Positions 51,416 through 60,383 of a DNA stretch of 64,000 nt are shown piece after piece. Made by a program: the position numbers and the translations under genes. Origin of the DNA: Promethearchaeota archaeon (GTDB taxonomy: Archaea; Asgardarchaeota; Lokiarchaeia; Sigyniarchaeales; SOKP01); the NCBI GenBank assembly GCA_019058365.1, contig JAHPZE010000004.1, positions 160,001 through 224,000 on the forward strand, in the 5' to 3' direction. The first letter of the stretch is position 1, and each line of letters begins with the position of its first letter. The notes under the pieces are model-generated. The model was given only the letters and a program-made list of their open reading frames with translations. It had not been told where the DNA came from and searched no databases.

Positions 51416-51886
51416 ATGAAAAATTTAGATGATAAGGATAAGAGAATCCTTGAAATGCTTCTTGCGGATTCTAGAAGACCATATCATGAAATAGCGGCAG
51501 ATCCAAAGGTAGAATTATCTGAATCGACTGTAAGAAAACGTGTTATCAAACTGCAAGAAGAAGGGGTAATTGAAAAGTTTACTATACAGATCTGCCGTGA
51601 AGATGAAAGATGCATTATTGCATTCATTACACTTATTCCAAAAAGTTTAGCTGAGACAAAAGAATTATTAAGAGAAGCCCAAATCCTACCTCAATGTGAG
51701 GAAGTTTATTTTCTTGCGGGAGAATGTGGTGTTTTGATAAAAGTCAATGTACCTGAAATAATTGAGCTAGATGCGTTAATAGAATCATTCCGTGCTCGTG
51801 CTGATGTAAAAAGTGTTGAGAGAGTATGTGTAGTTTTAAGACCAATAAAAACCCTTCAACAACAATCGGAAGTTCGAGTTTTATAA
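51416..51886 (+). CDS. Lrp/AsnC family regulator (Cys-rich effector domain)
   Basis: LDDKDKRILEML..DSRRPY..IA..LSESTVRKRV HTH; five Cys in the C-terminal part. Confidence 0.9.
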   Translation: MKNLDDKDKRILEMLLADSRRPYHEIAADPKVELSESTVRKRVIKLQEEGVIEKFTIQICREDERCIIAFITLIPKSLAETKELLREAQILPQCEEVYFLAGECGVLIKVNVPEIIELDALIESFRARADVKSVERVCVVLRPIKTLQQQSEVRVL

Positions 51887-52477
51887 CTATTTTTTGAATG
51901 CTTTTGTAAAAACCATCTCATCACTGATGACTTGCCAAGTTCTCCAACCATTTTCAACCTTTTCTTTAGCTTCTTTAATAAAGGCGTTATAACCGATCTC
52001 ACGGCATCTTTTCAAATTATTACATGTATCTCTACTATATCTTGTACAAATCATTTTGGTCATTTGAGCTTTATTTGCCATTGGCACGGGATTAGAATCT
52101 TCATTTGGACAGGCAGTTTCTGCTGAAGAATCATAATCGTTACATTCAGCACATGTCCAGTAACCCTTGGATTTAACACATTTCGCAATACCACAAAATT
52201 GTGATGCAAACCCTCCGATATAACATCCAGGACACTTTCCTTTAACACTGGCTTTAATGTATTTATTTAATGTCTTTAAGGTAATATTTATTTCTTCAGG
52301 ATTTAATCCAATTGCCATACTAGTATCTACCATATTTCCTCCTTCCCAAATACTTTTAAGTTTTTTTGCCGCTTCTAACCCTCCTCCAGTATAAGTATCA
52401 CATCCTAAACAGACAATGCCACAAGGAGCAAGAACTCCTCTATCTTCTTCTTTAACATCTTCTAATTTTAAACTCAT
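51887..52477 (-). CDS. DUF3795-like Cys-rich Fe-S/Zn protein
   Basis: APCGIVCLGC, CPGC, CGIAKC, CAEC. Confidence 0.8.
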   Translation of the reverse strand: MSLKLEDVKEEDRGVLAPCGIVCLGCDTYTGGGLEAAKKLKSIWEGGNMVDTSMAIGLNPEEINITLKTLNKYIKASVKGKCPGCYIGGFASQFCGIAKCVKSKGYWTCAECNDYDSSAETACPNEDSNPVPMANKAQMTKMICTRYSRDTCNNLKRCREIGYNAFIKEAKEKVENGWRTWQVISDEMVFTKAFKK

Positions 52478-52590
52478 ATTTAATCACTTAATATAATATA
52501 TAAATTTGAATAATTAGTTAAACAATACATTTTTTATAAAAACCTACTCCCTAGTGATAAATTGTATTTGTTGAATTTTCCCGTTTTTAA

Positions 52591-52698
52591 CTAATCTTTA
52601 GGTATAGCCTTATCTGTTGGGATTTCTATATAAGGGCATTGTATAAGGCAAGTTCTAGATCGCCCACAAGGTTCTTCAATAAACTTCACGAAAACCAC
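52591..52698 (-). pseudogene. Remnant of an Fe-S protein N-terminus
   Basis: GTG..TAG 35 aa MVFVKFIEEPCGRSRTCLIQCPYIEIPTDKAIPKD; CxxSxxCxxxCP is a damaged ferredoxin motif. Confidence 0.45.
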
Positions 52699-52880
52699 TA
52701 TTATAATAAACTTCTATTATTTTTAGTAGTTTGAAATTAAAACGAAGAAAGATTTATTCTACTTAAATGTTAGAAAATGCAAACATAATATAATAAATAT
52801 TTCTACTTGACAATTACATTAAGCAAAACATTTTTAAAAATAGTAAATATTTAAATTCACTTTATATTCCAATATTAATC

Positions 52881-53801
52881 GTGATAGAAATGAGAAATAT
52901 CGTAGATAATGTTTATATAGTTAATCCATATGATCCTAATGGTTCAGGGTGCTGTGTTTACATGGTCGACACCAAAAGTGATGAAGGTTTAGTCTTGATT
53001 GATGCAGGAATGGAAATTGAATTACTACGGGTTATAGAGGAAGATGGATTTGATCTAAAAGATATTAAACACTGTCTTATAACACACGGGCATATAGACC
53101 ATTACGGTGTCTGTAATAAACTTAAAGAATTTAACAAAGATATCAAATTTTACGCGCATGACCTAGATGCTGAAGATAATGAGTTAAAGATAAGAGATCC
53201 TAGTACTGCTCAAATGTATGCAGATTATAAATATGAACCTATTAAAATTAATAGAATTATAAAAAATGATAACGAGATTTTGAAATTTGGGAATTATGAG
53301 TTTAAATGTATTCACATTCCTGGACACACTCCCGGATCTGTAGCATATCTTTTAGAAACAAGTGGTAAAAAGATTCTCTTTGGTGGAGATCTGCTGGGAA
53401 TAGCTATTAATTTTCAAGGAGGGAATTTAGACGCTTATCTCAAATCAATGCAAAAATTAATTGAGTTAAAAATCGATATATCGTGTGAAGGGCATGAAGA
53501 TCTTATAGAACCGGCAGAAAAAGTGTTGAAATTTATTAAAGGGTATATGGAGCTTAATAAAAATCTTAATACTGTTGTATTAGAAAACCCATCCGATACT
53601 AAAGCTTTATTTGAGTTGGCATTTATATCTTATGAGCTTGAGTTTTATGAAATGACATTAGATTTTTGTAATTACTTGTTAGAAATTCAACCTGAAAATG
53701 AAAAAGCTCAAAAACTACTTAAAGAAACCAAGAAACATAATCCTACAAAATTTGAATGGATAAAAAACTTCATAAACCGAGCTTCTGGATCAGTAAATTA
53801 A
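52881..53801 (+). CDS. Metallo-beta-lactamase-fold hydrolase with C-terminal TPR
   Basis: LIDAG, THGHIDH, PGHTPGS, GD, EGH; C-terminal helical repeat (ALFELA...LLEIQPENEKA). Confidence 0.9.
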   Translation: MIEMRNIVDNVYIVNPYDPNGSGCCVYMVDTKSDEGLVLIDAGMEIELLRVIEEDGFDLKDIKHCLITHGHIDHYGVCNKLKEFNKDIKFYAHDLDAEDNELKIRDPSTAQMYADYKYEPIKINRIIKNDNEILKFGNYEFKCIHIPGHTPGSVAYLLETSGKKILFGGDLLGIAINFQGGNLDAYLKSMQKLIELKIDISCEGHEDLIEPAEKVLKFIKGYMELNKNLNTVVLENPSDTKALFELAFISYELEFYEMTLDFCNYLLEIQPENEKAQKLLKETKKHNPTKFEWIKNFINRASGSVN

Positions 53802-53804
53802 GAG

Positions 53805-54404
53805 TTAATTTATAGCTGAAACTAATCTATGTTTACAAAATTTCCTTAGTATCAATCTCAGTACATCTTCAAAACATTCAAGTATTCCCTCTCCACTAAC
53901 CGCAATCGTATATTTTGATTCCACGTTCTTAAATTTGTGAAAATCAATTTCTTTTAAGAAAACTCTAGGACTGAATTTCTCTGGTAAATCTTGTTTGTTA
54001 AATGCAATTATTATTGGAATATCATCAATAGAATCTCCAAAATATGACATAAGTTCATTCCAAGAAATAAGATTACGTTCATACACATCTTCTTGAGAAT
54101 CTAACACAAGAATGATTCCATCAACTGCTCGTAAGGTGATCGGTCTGGTAATCAAATAGAAATCCTGACCAGTTGTAGTATAAATATGAAGTTTCAATCT
54201 CCATTCTTCATTTTGAAATGCAACTGTTCCATAATCAAAAAATAAGGTTCTTTTTACTGTACTTTCGATACTCTGTAACGCTTCATCCTTACCAAAGTGA
54301 GAAAATAATGCTTTAATAGAAGTAGTTTTACCTGAATAAGCAGGTCCAAAATACACGATTTTTATACTGATTGTCTTGTCACAGTGATCAATAATCATGA
54401 ACAT
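53805..54404 (-). CDS. MglA-like small GTPase
   Basis: KIVYFGPAYSGKTT, RTLFFD, YTTTGQ (no G3 Asp, as in MglA), NKQD. Confidence 0.88.
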   Translation of the reverse strand: MFMIIDHCDKTISIKIVYFGPAYSGKTTSIKALFSHFGKDEALQSIESTVKRTLFFDYGTVAFQNEEWRLKLHIYTTTGQDFYLITRPITLRAVDGIILVLDSQEDVYERNLISWNELMSYFGDSIDDIPIIIAFNKQDLPEKFSPRVFLKEIDFHKFKNVESKYTIAVSGEGILECFEDVLRLILRKFCKHRLVSAIN

Positions 54405-54475
54405 ACTTCTAAAATTACATTTTTAAAAGCCAATTTTTTAAAGAGATTGTATAAATAAAAAAATAAAAAAGTCAC

Positions 54476-54509
54476 TTGATAAAATCAAATATTTAGTTGA
54501 CTCTGTCAA
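54476..54509. promoter_or_regulatory. Tandem palindromic operator TTGAY-N3-RTCAA x2 upstream of the MarR-GNAT gene
   Basis: TTGAT-AAA-ATCAA (54476-54488) and TTGAC-TCT-GTCAA (54497-54509), starts 21 bp apart. Confidence 0.65.
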
Positions 54510-54545
54510 GATTTAAATTAGTTAAATCATATTATAATATGAAGA

Positions 54546-55472
54546 ATGTTGAAAAAAAACCTTGATAGAATAGGAGGAATACGAAGCTTTAATCGTTTCT
54601 ACACTAATTTACTAGGACTTTTAGACAGCACCCTATTGAAGAGCAGTTATTCTTTAACTGAAGTGAGAATAATGTTCGAACTTAACCGTCTTTCAACATT
54701 AAGTGCGAGTGAACTTGCCAACCTACTTAATCTGGATCCTGCTTACCTTAGTCGAATATTAAGTAGTTTTGAACAGAAAAAATTAATTCAAAAAGAACAA
54801 TCAAGAGAGGATTTACGGAAGTATCTAATTTCGTTGACAAGTAAGGGAAAACAGGTGATTTCAGATCTTCAGGAAAAGGCAAATGGACAAATTAAAATAC
54901 TCCTTACCAATATAACCGATATAGATCAAATTCGACTCGTAACCGCGATGAAAACAATTGAAAATATATTAAAACATGAAAAAGAGAAATCACAATTTTA
55001 CAGTTTACGTTCTCATAAATCTGGTGACATTGGCTATATTATATATAGACATGGAGAGGTCTATGCTAATGAATATCAACTGGATGAAACTTTTGAAGCT
55101 TACGTGGCTAAATACATGGCTGAATTTATTGAAAACTATGATATCACTAAAGATCATCTTTGGATTGTAGAGAAGGGTACTGAAATAATTGGTTCAATTG
55201 CCATTGTGAATGTGGACGAAAAAGTAGCACAATTACGTTGGCTTCTTGTCGAACCTCATGAACGAAATAAAGGGGTTGGCAATAAATTGATACATGAAGC
55301 TCTTACTTTTTGTAAGAATCGGAGTTATCAGAAAGTTGTTTTAGGGACATTTAGTGACCTAATAATAGCTCGGAAGTTATATATAAAGAATGGATTTCGA
55401 CTAGTTGAATCTAAAAGTCATCATATTTGGGGACAAGATTTAACCGAAGAGCAATGGGAATTAATTTTGTAA
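54546..55472 (+). CDS. MarR-HTH / GNAT acetyltransferase fusion
   Basis: IRSFNRFYT..LG.L, LDPAYLSRIL; GNAT AQLRWLLVEP..R.KGVG, ARKLY...GF. Confidence 0.92.
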   Translation: MLKKNLDRIGGIRSFNRFYTNLLGLLDSTLLKSSYSLTEVRIMFELNRLSTLSASELANLLNLDPAYLSRILSSFEQKKLIQKEQSREDLRKYLISLTSKGKQVISDLQEKANGQIKILLTNITDIDQIRLVTAMKTIENILKHEKEKSQFYSLRSHKSGDIGYIIYRHGEVYANEYQLDETFEAYVAKYMAEFIENYDITKDHLWIVEKGTEIIGSIAIVNVDEKVAQLRWLLVEPHERNKGVGNKLIHEALTFCKNRSYQKVVLGTFSDLIIARKLYIKNGFRLVESKSHHIWGQDLTEEQWELIL

Positions 55473-55527
55473 TGGGTAATAATTTGTTTATCCATCTTCA
55501 AAGAAAAATAAAAGACCTAATGAGATA

Positions 55528-55992
55528 TTAATTATCTAATAATTCAATGCCACAAAATTCACAAAATCTTTGGTTCTCGTAAAGAATAACCCTACCACAA
55601 TTATTACATTTACTTAATTCTTCTTTTGGGTGCATTTCTCTATAAAATTGTAATTTTAAATTATTCATTAACCTTGCAAGCATCATCAGATATTTCTTAT
55701 CCATACCTATGGGAGGAATTCCAATGTAACCTTTTTTCAAAAGAACATGTAATTCTGTACTGTTCTCTTTATCATGCAAATTAATTGAAATTTTAACGGG
55801 TAAAATTGAAGGCTCAGCACGAATACCCCTTGTATGAGCTTTTAGCCTAGAGCCATACATCCCCGTTATTATCTTGTTATTCATTTTTTTTATCTTTATT
55901 CGATGTTGGTTAACAAAATCCATAATTCTTTGATAAATTTCATTTTTAGGAAGATCTGTATTTATATTATCCTTCAATTCTAATTTTTTCAT
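55528..55992 (-). CDS. Hypothetical protein with C-terminal zinc ribbon
   Basis: CNNCG...FCEFCG. Confidence 0.8.
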   Translation of the reverse strand: MKKLELKDNINTDLPKNEIYQRIMDFVNQHRIKIKKMNNKIITGMYGSRLKAHTRGIRAEPSILPVKISINLHDKENSTELHVLLKKGYIGIPPIGMDKKYLMMLARLMNNLKLQFYREMHPKEELSKCNNCGRVILYENQRFCEFCGIELLDN

Positions 55993-56235
55993 TTCAAAAA
56001 CTCCTTATTTGTCTTATATCTACATTAAATAAGAAGTATAAATTATTATTAATTAATTAAATGGAGTCCAGTTATTAATTAGAGCCTTTATTTCTATATA
56101 AATGAACTTAGGGATTAAATATAAACTAATATAATTTAAATATTAACAATCAAGGGTAGAGTATATATCATCTGTTATTTAGAACTTAAATATTCTAAAT
56201 AAAATACAAGCTGGAACCTATAGAAAAAGATTAAA

Positions 56236-57396
56236 ATGATTGAAGAAGCCCGAATTAAAAAAAATCTTAAAAAATTTGCTTTTCCTCGATTATCTGGAAC
56301 TAAATTTGAACTTGAAGCATTTAATAAAATAATAGAAGAAATTGAAAACCTTAATTTGCAATTTGAAGTCCAAGGTTTTACTTTCAGTTCGTTTTATTCG
56401 AGAATATATCCTAAAATCACATTTTTATCCGTTTCGCTAATATTATTACTCCTTTATTTGAATATATCTATGATTTACTCTACGATTATAATCCTCACAT
56501 TATTTGGAATTGTGATTACATCGATAATTTTTACAAGAAAACCAGAAAAAATTCAAATCATACCAAGATTCAATTCACAAAACCTTTTAGTAAAAATTAA
56601 ACCTTTATCAAATGAAATAAAGAATAAGGAAAGAATTGCATTGTTCATGAGTCATGTGGATTCTAAAGGACAAAGATTCAAGGTTGGATTTCGGATAAAA
56701 ATAGTTAAGTTTTGGATTGCTTCATCAATTATTCTAATATTCATTGTAATTCTTAAAAACTTGATAATTATAGGATTTGAGCTAATATTTTATATTATCG
56801 GGCTATTTCCTTTAATATTTAATATATTTTCTTCGATTTTGATGCTTCTTAACACTACAGACAACAGTTCTAATGGTGCAATTGATAATGCTTCTGGTAT
56901 AGCATGCAACTTAGAACTGGTAAACTATTATTGTATTCCTGAAAACAGATTACAAAACTATCATATATGGTTTCTTTTTACAGGAGCTGAGGAATGCGGA
57001 ACAATGGGTATTAGACATTTTTATAATAATTTAGAAAATTTCGATCCCAACAAATCGCTAATATTTAATTTTGAATCCATAGCTAAGTACGTGTTTCTAT
57101 GGCTTGGAGAAAATGAAGGAGATCATGCGAAAGATATTGATCATAAACTTTTGAATAACAAAAGAAATCTTCCCATTAGTCATTACCCTGCAGAAAGGGT
57201 TCTAGGTACTCATTCCGACGGAGGTTTTTTAGGAGATAGGGGTCTTCAAGGATTTGGAATTGGTGGCGTGGAATCATATGCTTATATGCATACTCCTAAT
57301 GATACAATTGACAAAATTAATGTAAAAATTTTAGAGAAATTATGTTTGGTTCTTACTGATTCTTTAAAAGAGCACGATGCCAATCTTAATGTTTAA
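56236..57396 (+). CDS. Membrane M28-family metallopeptidase
   Basis: PRLSGT, SHVDS, GAIDNASG, GAEECG, HSD, HTPND; four TM segments. Confidence 0.88.
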   Translation: MIEEARIKKNLKKFAFPRLSGTKFELEAFNKIIEEIENLNLQFEVQGFTFSSFYSRIYPKITFLSVSLILLLLYLNISMIYSTIIILTLFGIVITSIIFTRKPEKIQIIPRFNSQNLLVKIKPLSNEIKNKERIALFMSHVDSKGQRFKVGFRIKIVKFWIASSIILIFIVILKNLIIIGFELIFYIIGLFPLIFNIFSSILMLLNTTDNSSNGAIDNASGIACNLELVNYYCIPENRLQNYHIWFLFTGAEECGTMGIRHFYNNLENFDPNKSLIFNFESIAKYVFLWLGENEGDHAKDIDHKLLNNKRNLPISHYPAERVLGTHSDGGFLGDRGLQGFGIGGVESYAYMHTPNDTIDKINVKILEKLCLVLTDSLKEHDANLNV

Positions 57397-57605
57397 ATTT
57401 AAACTGTTTGTTTATCAATTTTTATTGTATTAAGTATTAATTTAAGTTTATAAATTATTTAATCACTGTTGTTAAATTGAAGTAATATAAATTCTAAAAT
57501 ATCCTACTAACTATTTTAACATCCTAATAAGTAACTAAAAGAAATAAAATCGAAATTTACTTATTTATTTTTAAAAATATATAATAAAAATTATAATTAG
57601 ACTAA

Positions 57606-58055
57606 ATGTTATCGAAAGGTTTTGACTCAAAAGAATTAGAAGAGATAAAGTCAATTAAAATAGGTAAATGGGATATAATCTCTGAATATCATCGTATTGA
57701 CTGGCTCAAAGCTGGACATAATGAAGAAGAGGCAAAGATTCATGGTATTGTTATTGCTATTGTTGGATATCAAGCACGCTTAGGAAAAGAACCTCAAAAA
57801 TATAAATTAGAACAAAAAGGAAAGGAAAAGGGTGTATCTATAACCCATAGAAAGCAAGAGAAATGGATAACAACTAAGGAATTTAATAAAATTATTAATA
57901 AGATTGGTAATAAATATTATAAAAAAGTTTTTTCTCCCGCAATAGAAAATTTATATAATAAAGATTACTCTTATGATGAAGTAAAGAAAGCAGTTGAAAT
58001 CCCCTCAAAAATAGGAGCGAAAATAACTCTAGATAAATTTTTACCTTTTCTATAA
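57606..58055 (+). CDS. Hypothetical protein
   Basis: 149-aa ATG ORF, no recognised motif. Confidence 0.75.
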   Translation: MLSKGFDSKELEEIKSIKIGKWDIISEYHRIDWLKAGHNEEEAKIHGIVIAIVGYQARLGKEPQKYKLEQKGKEKGVSITHRKQEKWITTKEFNKIINKIGNKYYKKVFSPAIENLYNKDYSYDEVKKAVEIPSKIGAKITLDKFLPFL

Positions 58056-58216
58056 TTAGAAAAAAATTAGGAAATATATAATCATAAATATAATTAGCAT
58101 TAAAACTGCTTTCTTCCATGAATACAGAAAAATAAAAAAAGACTCTCCATATAAAATTATATGAATTAATCCCAAAAGTCTTGGGTGAATATATGTAAAA
58201 TATTTAGTGATAAAAA

Positions 58217-58558
58217 CTATAATAAATTCTTAATTTTTCGGGCTAATTCCTGAGCATCTGCTTCAGAACTCTCAAGAATCTTGAACATCTCCCCACGATT
58301 AACTATCATACCAGCATCAAGCAACTTCTGAAGTCCAATCACAGTGTTAATGCGCTCATTCTTCTGTAGATGAAAAATCACCATCCCCAATTGATTTTTG
58401 AGCTTCCCTTTCTCTGATTCTAACGCCAAACGCAATAATGCAGGACAGACCTCTTCTATCGTCTCACGATTTACCCTTTTCGCGTATTCATACATTTGTA
58501 CCCGTTGGTCATCTGTGAGCCCAACAACTTTCTCTTCTATTTTTGATAATGGTTCCAT
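58217..58558 (-). CDS. Hypothetical all-alpha protein
   Basis: 113-aa ORF, GAAGTGA upstream, TATA-like TTTAAATA about 85 bp upstream. Confidence 0.8.
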   Translation of the reverse strand: MEPLSKIEEKVVGLTDDQRVQMYEYAKRVNRETIEEVCPALLRLALESEKGKLKNQLGMVIFHLQKNERINTVIGLQKLLDAGMIVNRGEMFKILESSEADAQELARKIKNLL

Positions 58559-58653
58559 TTTTCGTTATCACTTCCTAACATTTTTGATTTTTTTATTTTT
58601 ATTTTTAATATTTTTTGACTAATCATTATACTATCACTCTCATATTTAAATGT

Positions 58654-58890
58654 TTTCAGTCATAATCCTCGATAAAAAGTGCGAAATCCGTCAGAATAAA
58701 ACATTTAGTATTTTTAAAATATACAAAATGACGAAAAAATGATCATATACTCTAGTGGGATCTTTTTGGGACGTTATGAATTTTTCATATTTTTTATCGA
58801 GAATATAAGAAACAATTTCGGAATGTGATTGACCGGAAAAAGTAAAATATATTGAACAAAGTAACCTTTCAGTCATTCAACGACAAAAAG
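58654..58890. repeat. Imperfect direct repeat TTTCAGTCAT-N4/6-CGAYAAAAAG (two copies)
   Basis: Copies at 58654-58679 and 58867-58890. Confidence 0.55.
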
Positions 58891-59028
58891 ATGATCAACA
58901 TTCGACATTCGTTCTTGATTCATTGATAAAATCAATCACAATCAACACTTTCCGTAACTAAAAACCAGCATTATAATGCAAAACATTTTTTTCATATCCT
59001 TAAAATTTGTGATTGTATTCATAAATTC

Positions 59029-59098
59029 TGATCGATTTGATGTAAAAGGTTGATCGTACTATCGCAACATTATGATCGAAAAGCGACACATTTATATA
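59029..59098 (+). promoter_or_regulatory. Three phased TGATCG boxes followed by a TATA box
   Basis: TGATCG at 59029, 59051 and 59073 (exact 22-bp period), TTTATATA at 59091-59098, GAGGG RBS at 59140 before the ATG at 59151. Confidence 0.6.
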
Positions 59099-59150
59099 TC
59101 GAAATTTATTATCAATAATTGTAAAACAAATAAATGATTGAGGGAACAAA

Positions 59151-59420
59151 ATGGGACATATAGAAAAAGAAGAAAAATTGGATGATATAATGGTCTATTA
59201 TAAAAACATTCGAGAAGCAATTGCTGGGTTGACTGATATAGTTGCGATTAATTTTAATAATAAGGATTTCTATCATCAAGCAGCGATGGATAATTTGAAA
59301 GCCTTACATGATAATGTGTTGGAAGTATTAAAAGCTTCTTTTACTCCTCGTGAGATTCGCATACGTTTACGAGAGCTCGAATTTGACGAGAAGGAAGCCG
59401 AGAAAGTGTTTCCTTTATAA
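59151..59420 (+). CDS. Small helical hypothetical protein
   Basis: 89-aa ORF with RBS and TATA upstream. Confidence 0.8.
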   Translation: MGHIEKEEKLDDIMVYYKNIREAIAGLTDIVAINFNNKDFYHQAAMDNLKALHDNVLEVLKASFTPREIRIRLRELEFDEKEAEKVFPL

Positions 59421-59748
59421 TATTTATAGATTTTATTTTTAGTTTATCTTTTGAATTATGTTCTAGTTTTCCCTATCAATATTCATTATCACAACTTGGA
59501 CATTTCGACATAAAAGTTATTAAATAGTTCAAACATACAAAAATTCTTCTAGATTCCTATTATTTTTATTCCTTAGAGATTGCGTATAATTTTTCAAAGT
59601 CTCCCGATTATCTGAGTAATTTCTTTATTCCATGTAAATATTTATATACACAAAATTTTACTTTTACCATGAAATGAAAGTTTATAGCAATAAATTCAAA
59701 TTTTTTAACATTTCTAATCATTAAAGGTGATGATAAATTTCAGGTGAG

Positions 59749-60195
59749 TTGACTCGAATTAGAAGAGAATATACTAAGTGGGATTTAGGGTTTGCAGTAT
59801 TTTCTATTACTCTTAGTATAATAGACTTCATTTTTATCATGGTAGGGATAATTTATAATGATTTATTATATCAAATTTTATCATACATTTTGACATTTGT
59901 GATTTCTTTGTTAGTTTATCTCTTTATTAAAGGAAAAATTTCTTTCAAGAAAAAAACCGAAGATTATTACACAACTTCTAAGAAAGAGATCTTCAATTTT
60001 TTAAAGATAAATGCTAAGAATTCGTATACTGCTAATGCGCTACTAAAGAATGTAAATGAAAAAATAAATCCCTCTTCTTTTAAAAGGTATATAAAGAAAA
60101 AATATGAATTGATTCTATCAGAATTGATTGCAGATCAACAAATTCAGTTAATTCAAAAGAATGGGCAAGATTATTATTCATTTCCAAGTGAATAA
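59749..60195 (+). CDS. Hypothetical membrane protein (2 TM plus wHTH-like C-terminus)
   Basis: GGTGAG RBS before TTG; two hydrophobic helices; KEIFNFLKIN...ILSELIADQQI...YY. Confidence 0.7.
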   Translation: MTRIRREYTKWDLGFAVFSITLSIIDFIFIMVGIIYNDLLYQILSYILTFVISLLVYLFIKGKISFKKKTEDYYTTSKKEIFNFLKINAKNSYTANALLKNVNEKINPSSFKRYIKKKYELILSELIADQQIQLIQKNGQDYYSFPSE

Positions 60196-60383
60196 TAATG
60201 AATTCTGCACTAATTAGAGTTTGAGGAGAATAAGGTTAAGTTAGTCTTCCTCTCTAATTTTACTAATTTTTATTTTTAATATTTTTCTTTTCGAAATGTA
60301 ACATTTTATAACTCAAAATAATAAATATCTTGATTAATTTCAATACTTAAGATTAAAAAATACCTTTTAAAAAAAGAAAATTT

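Noticed and set aside
58691-58876. 61-aa minus-strand ORF in the long intergenic region
   Set aside because: No RBS or motif; the region is better explained as regulatory DNA
59029-59078. 22-bp periodic repeats as a CRISPR array
   Set aside because: The repeat unit is only 6 bp, with no repeat-spacer structure and no cas genes
59470-59635. Minus-strand fragments including MSKCPSCDNEY*
   Set aside because: Only 11 codons followed by TGA TAG; not enough to call a pseudogene or Sec readthrough
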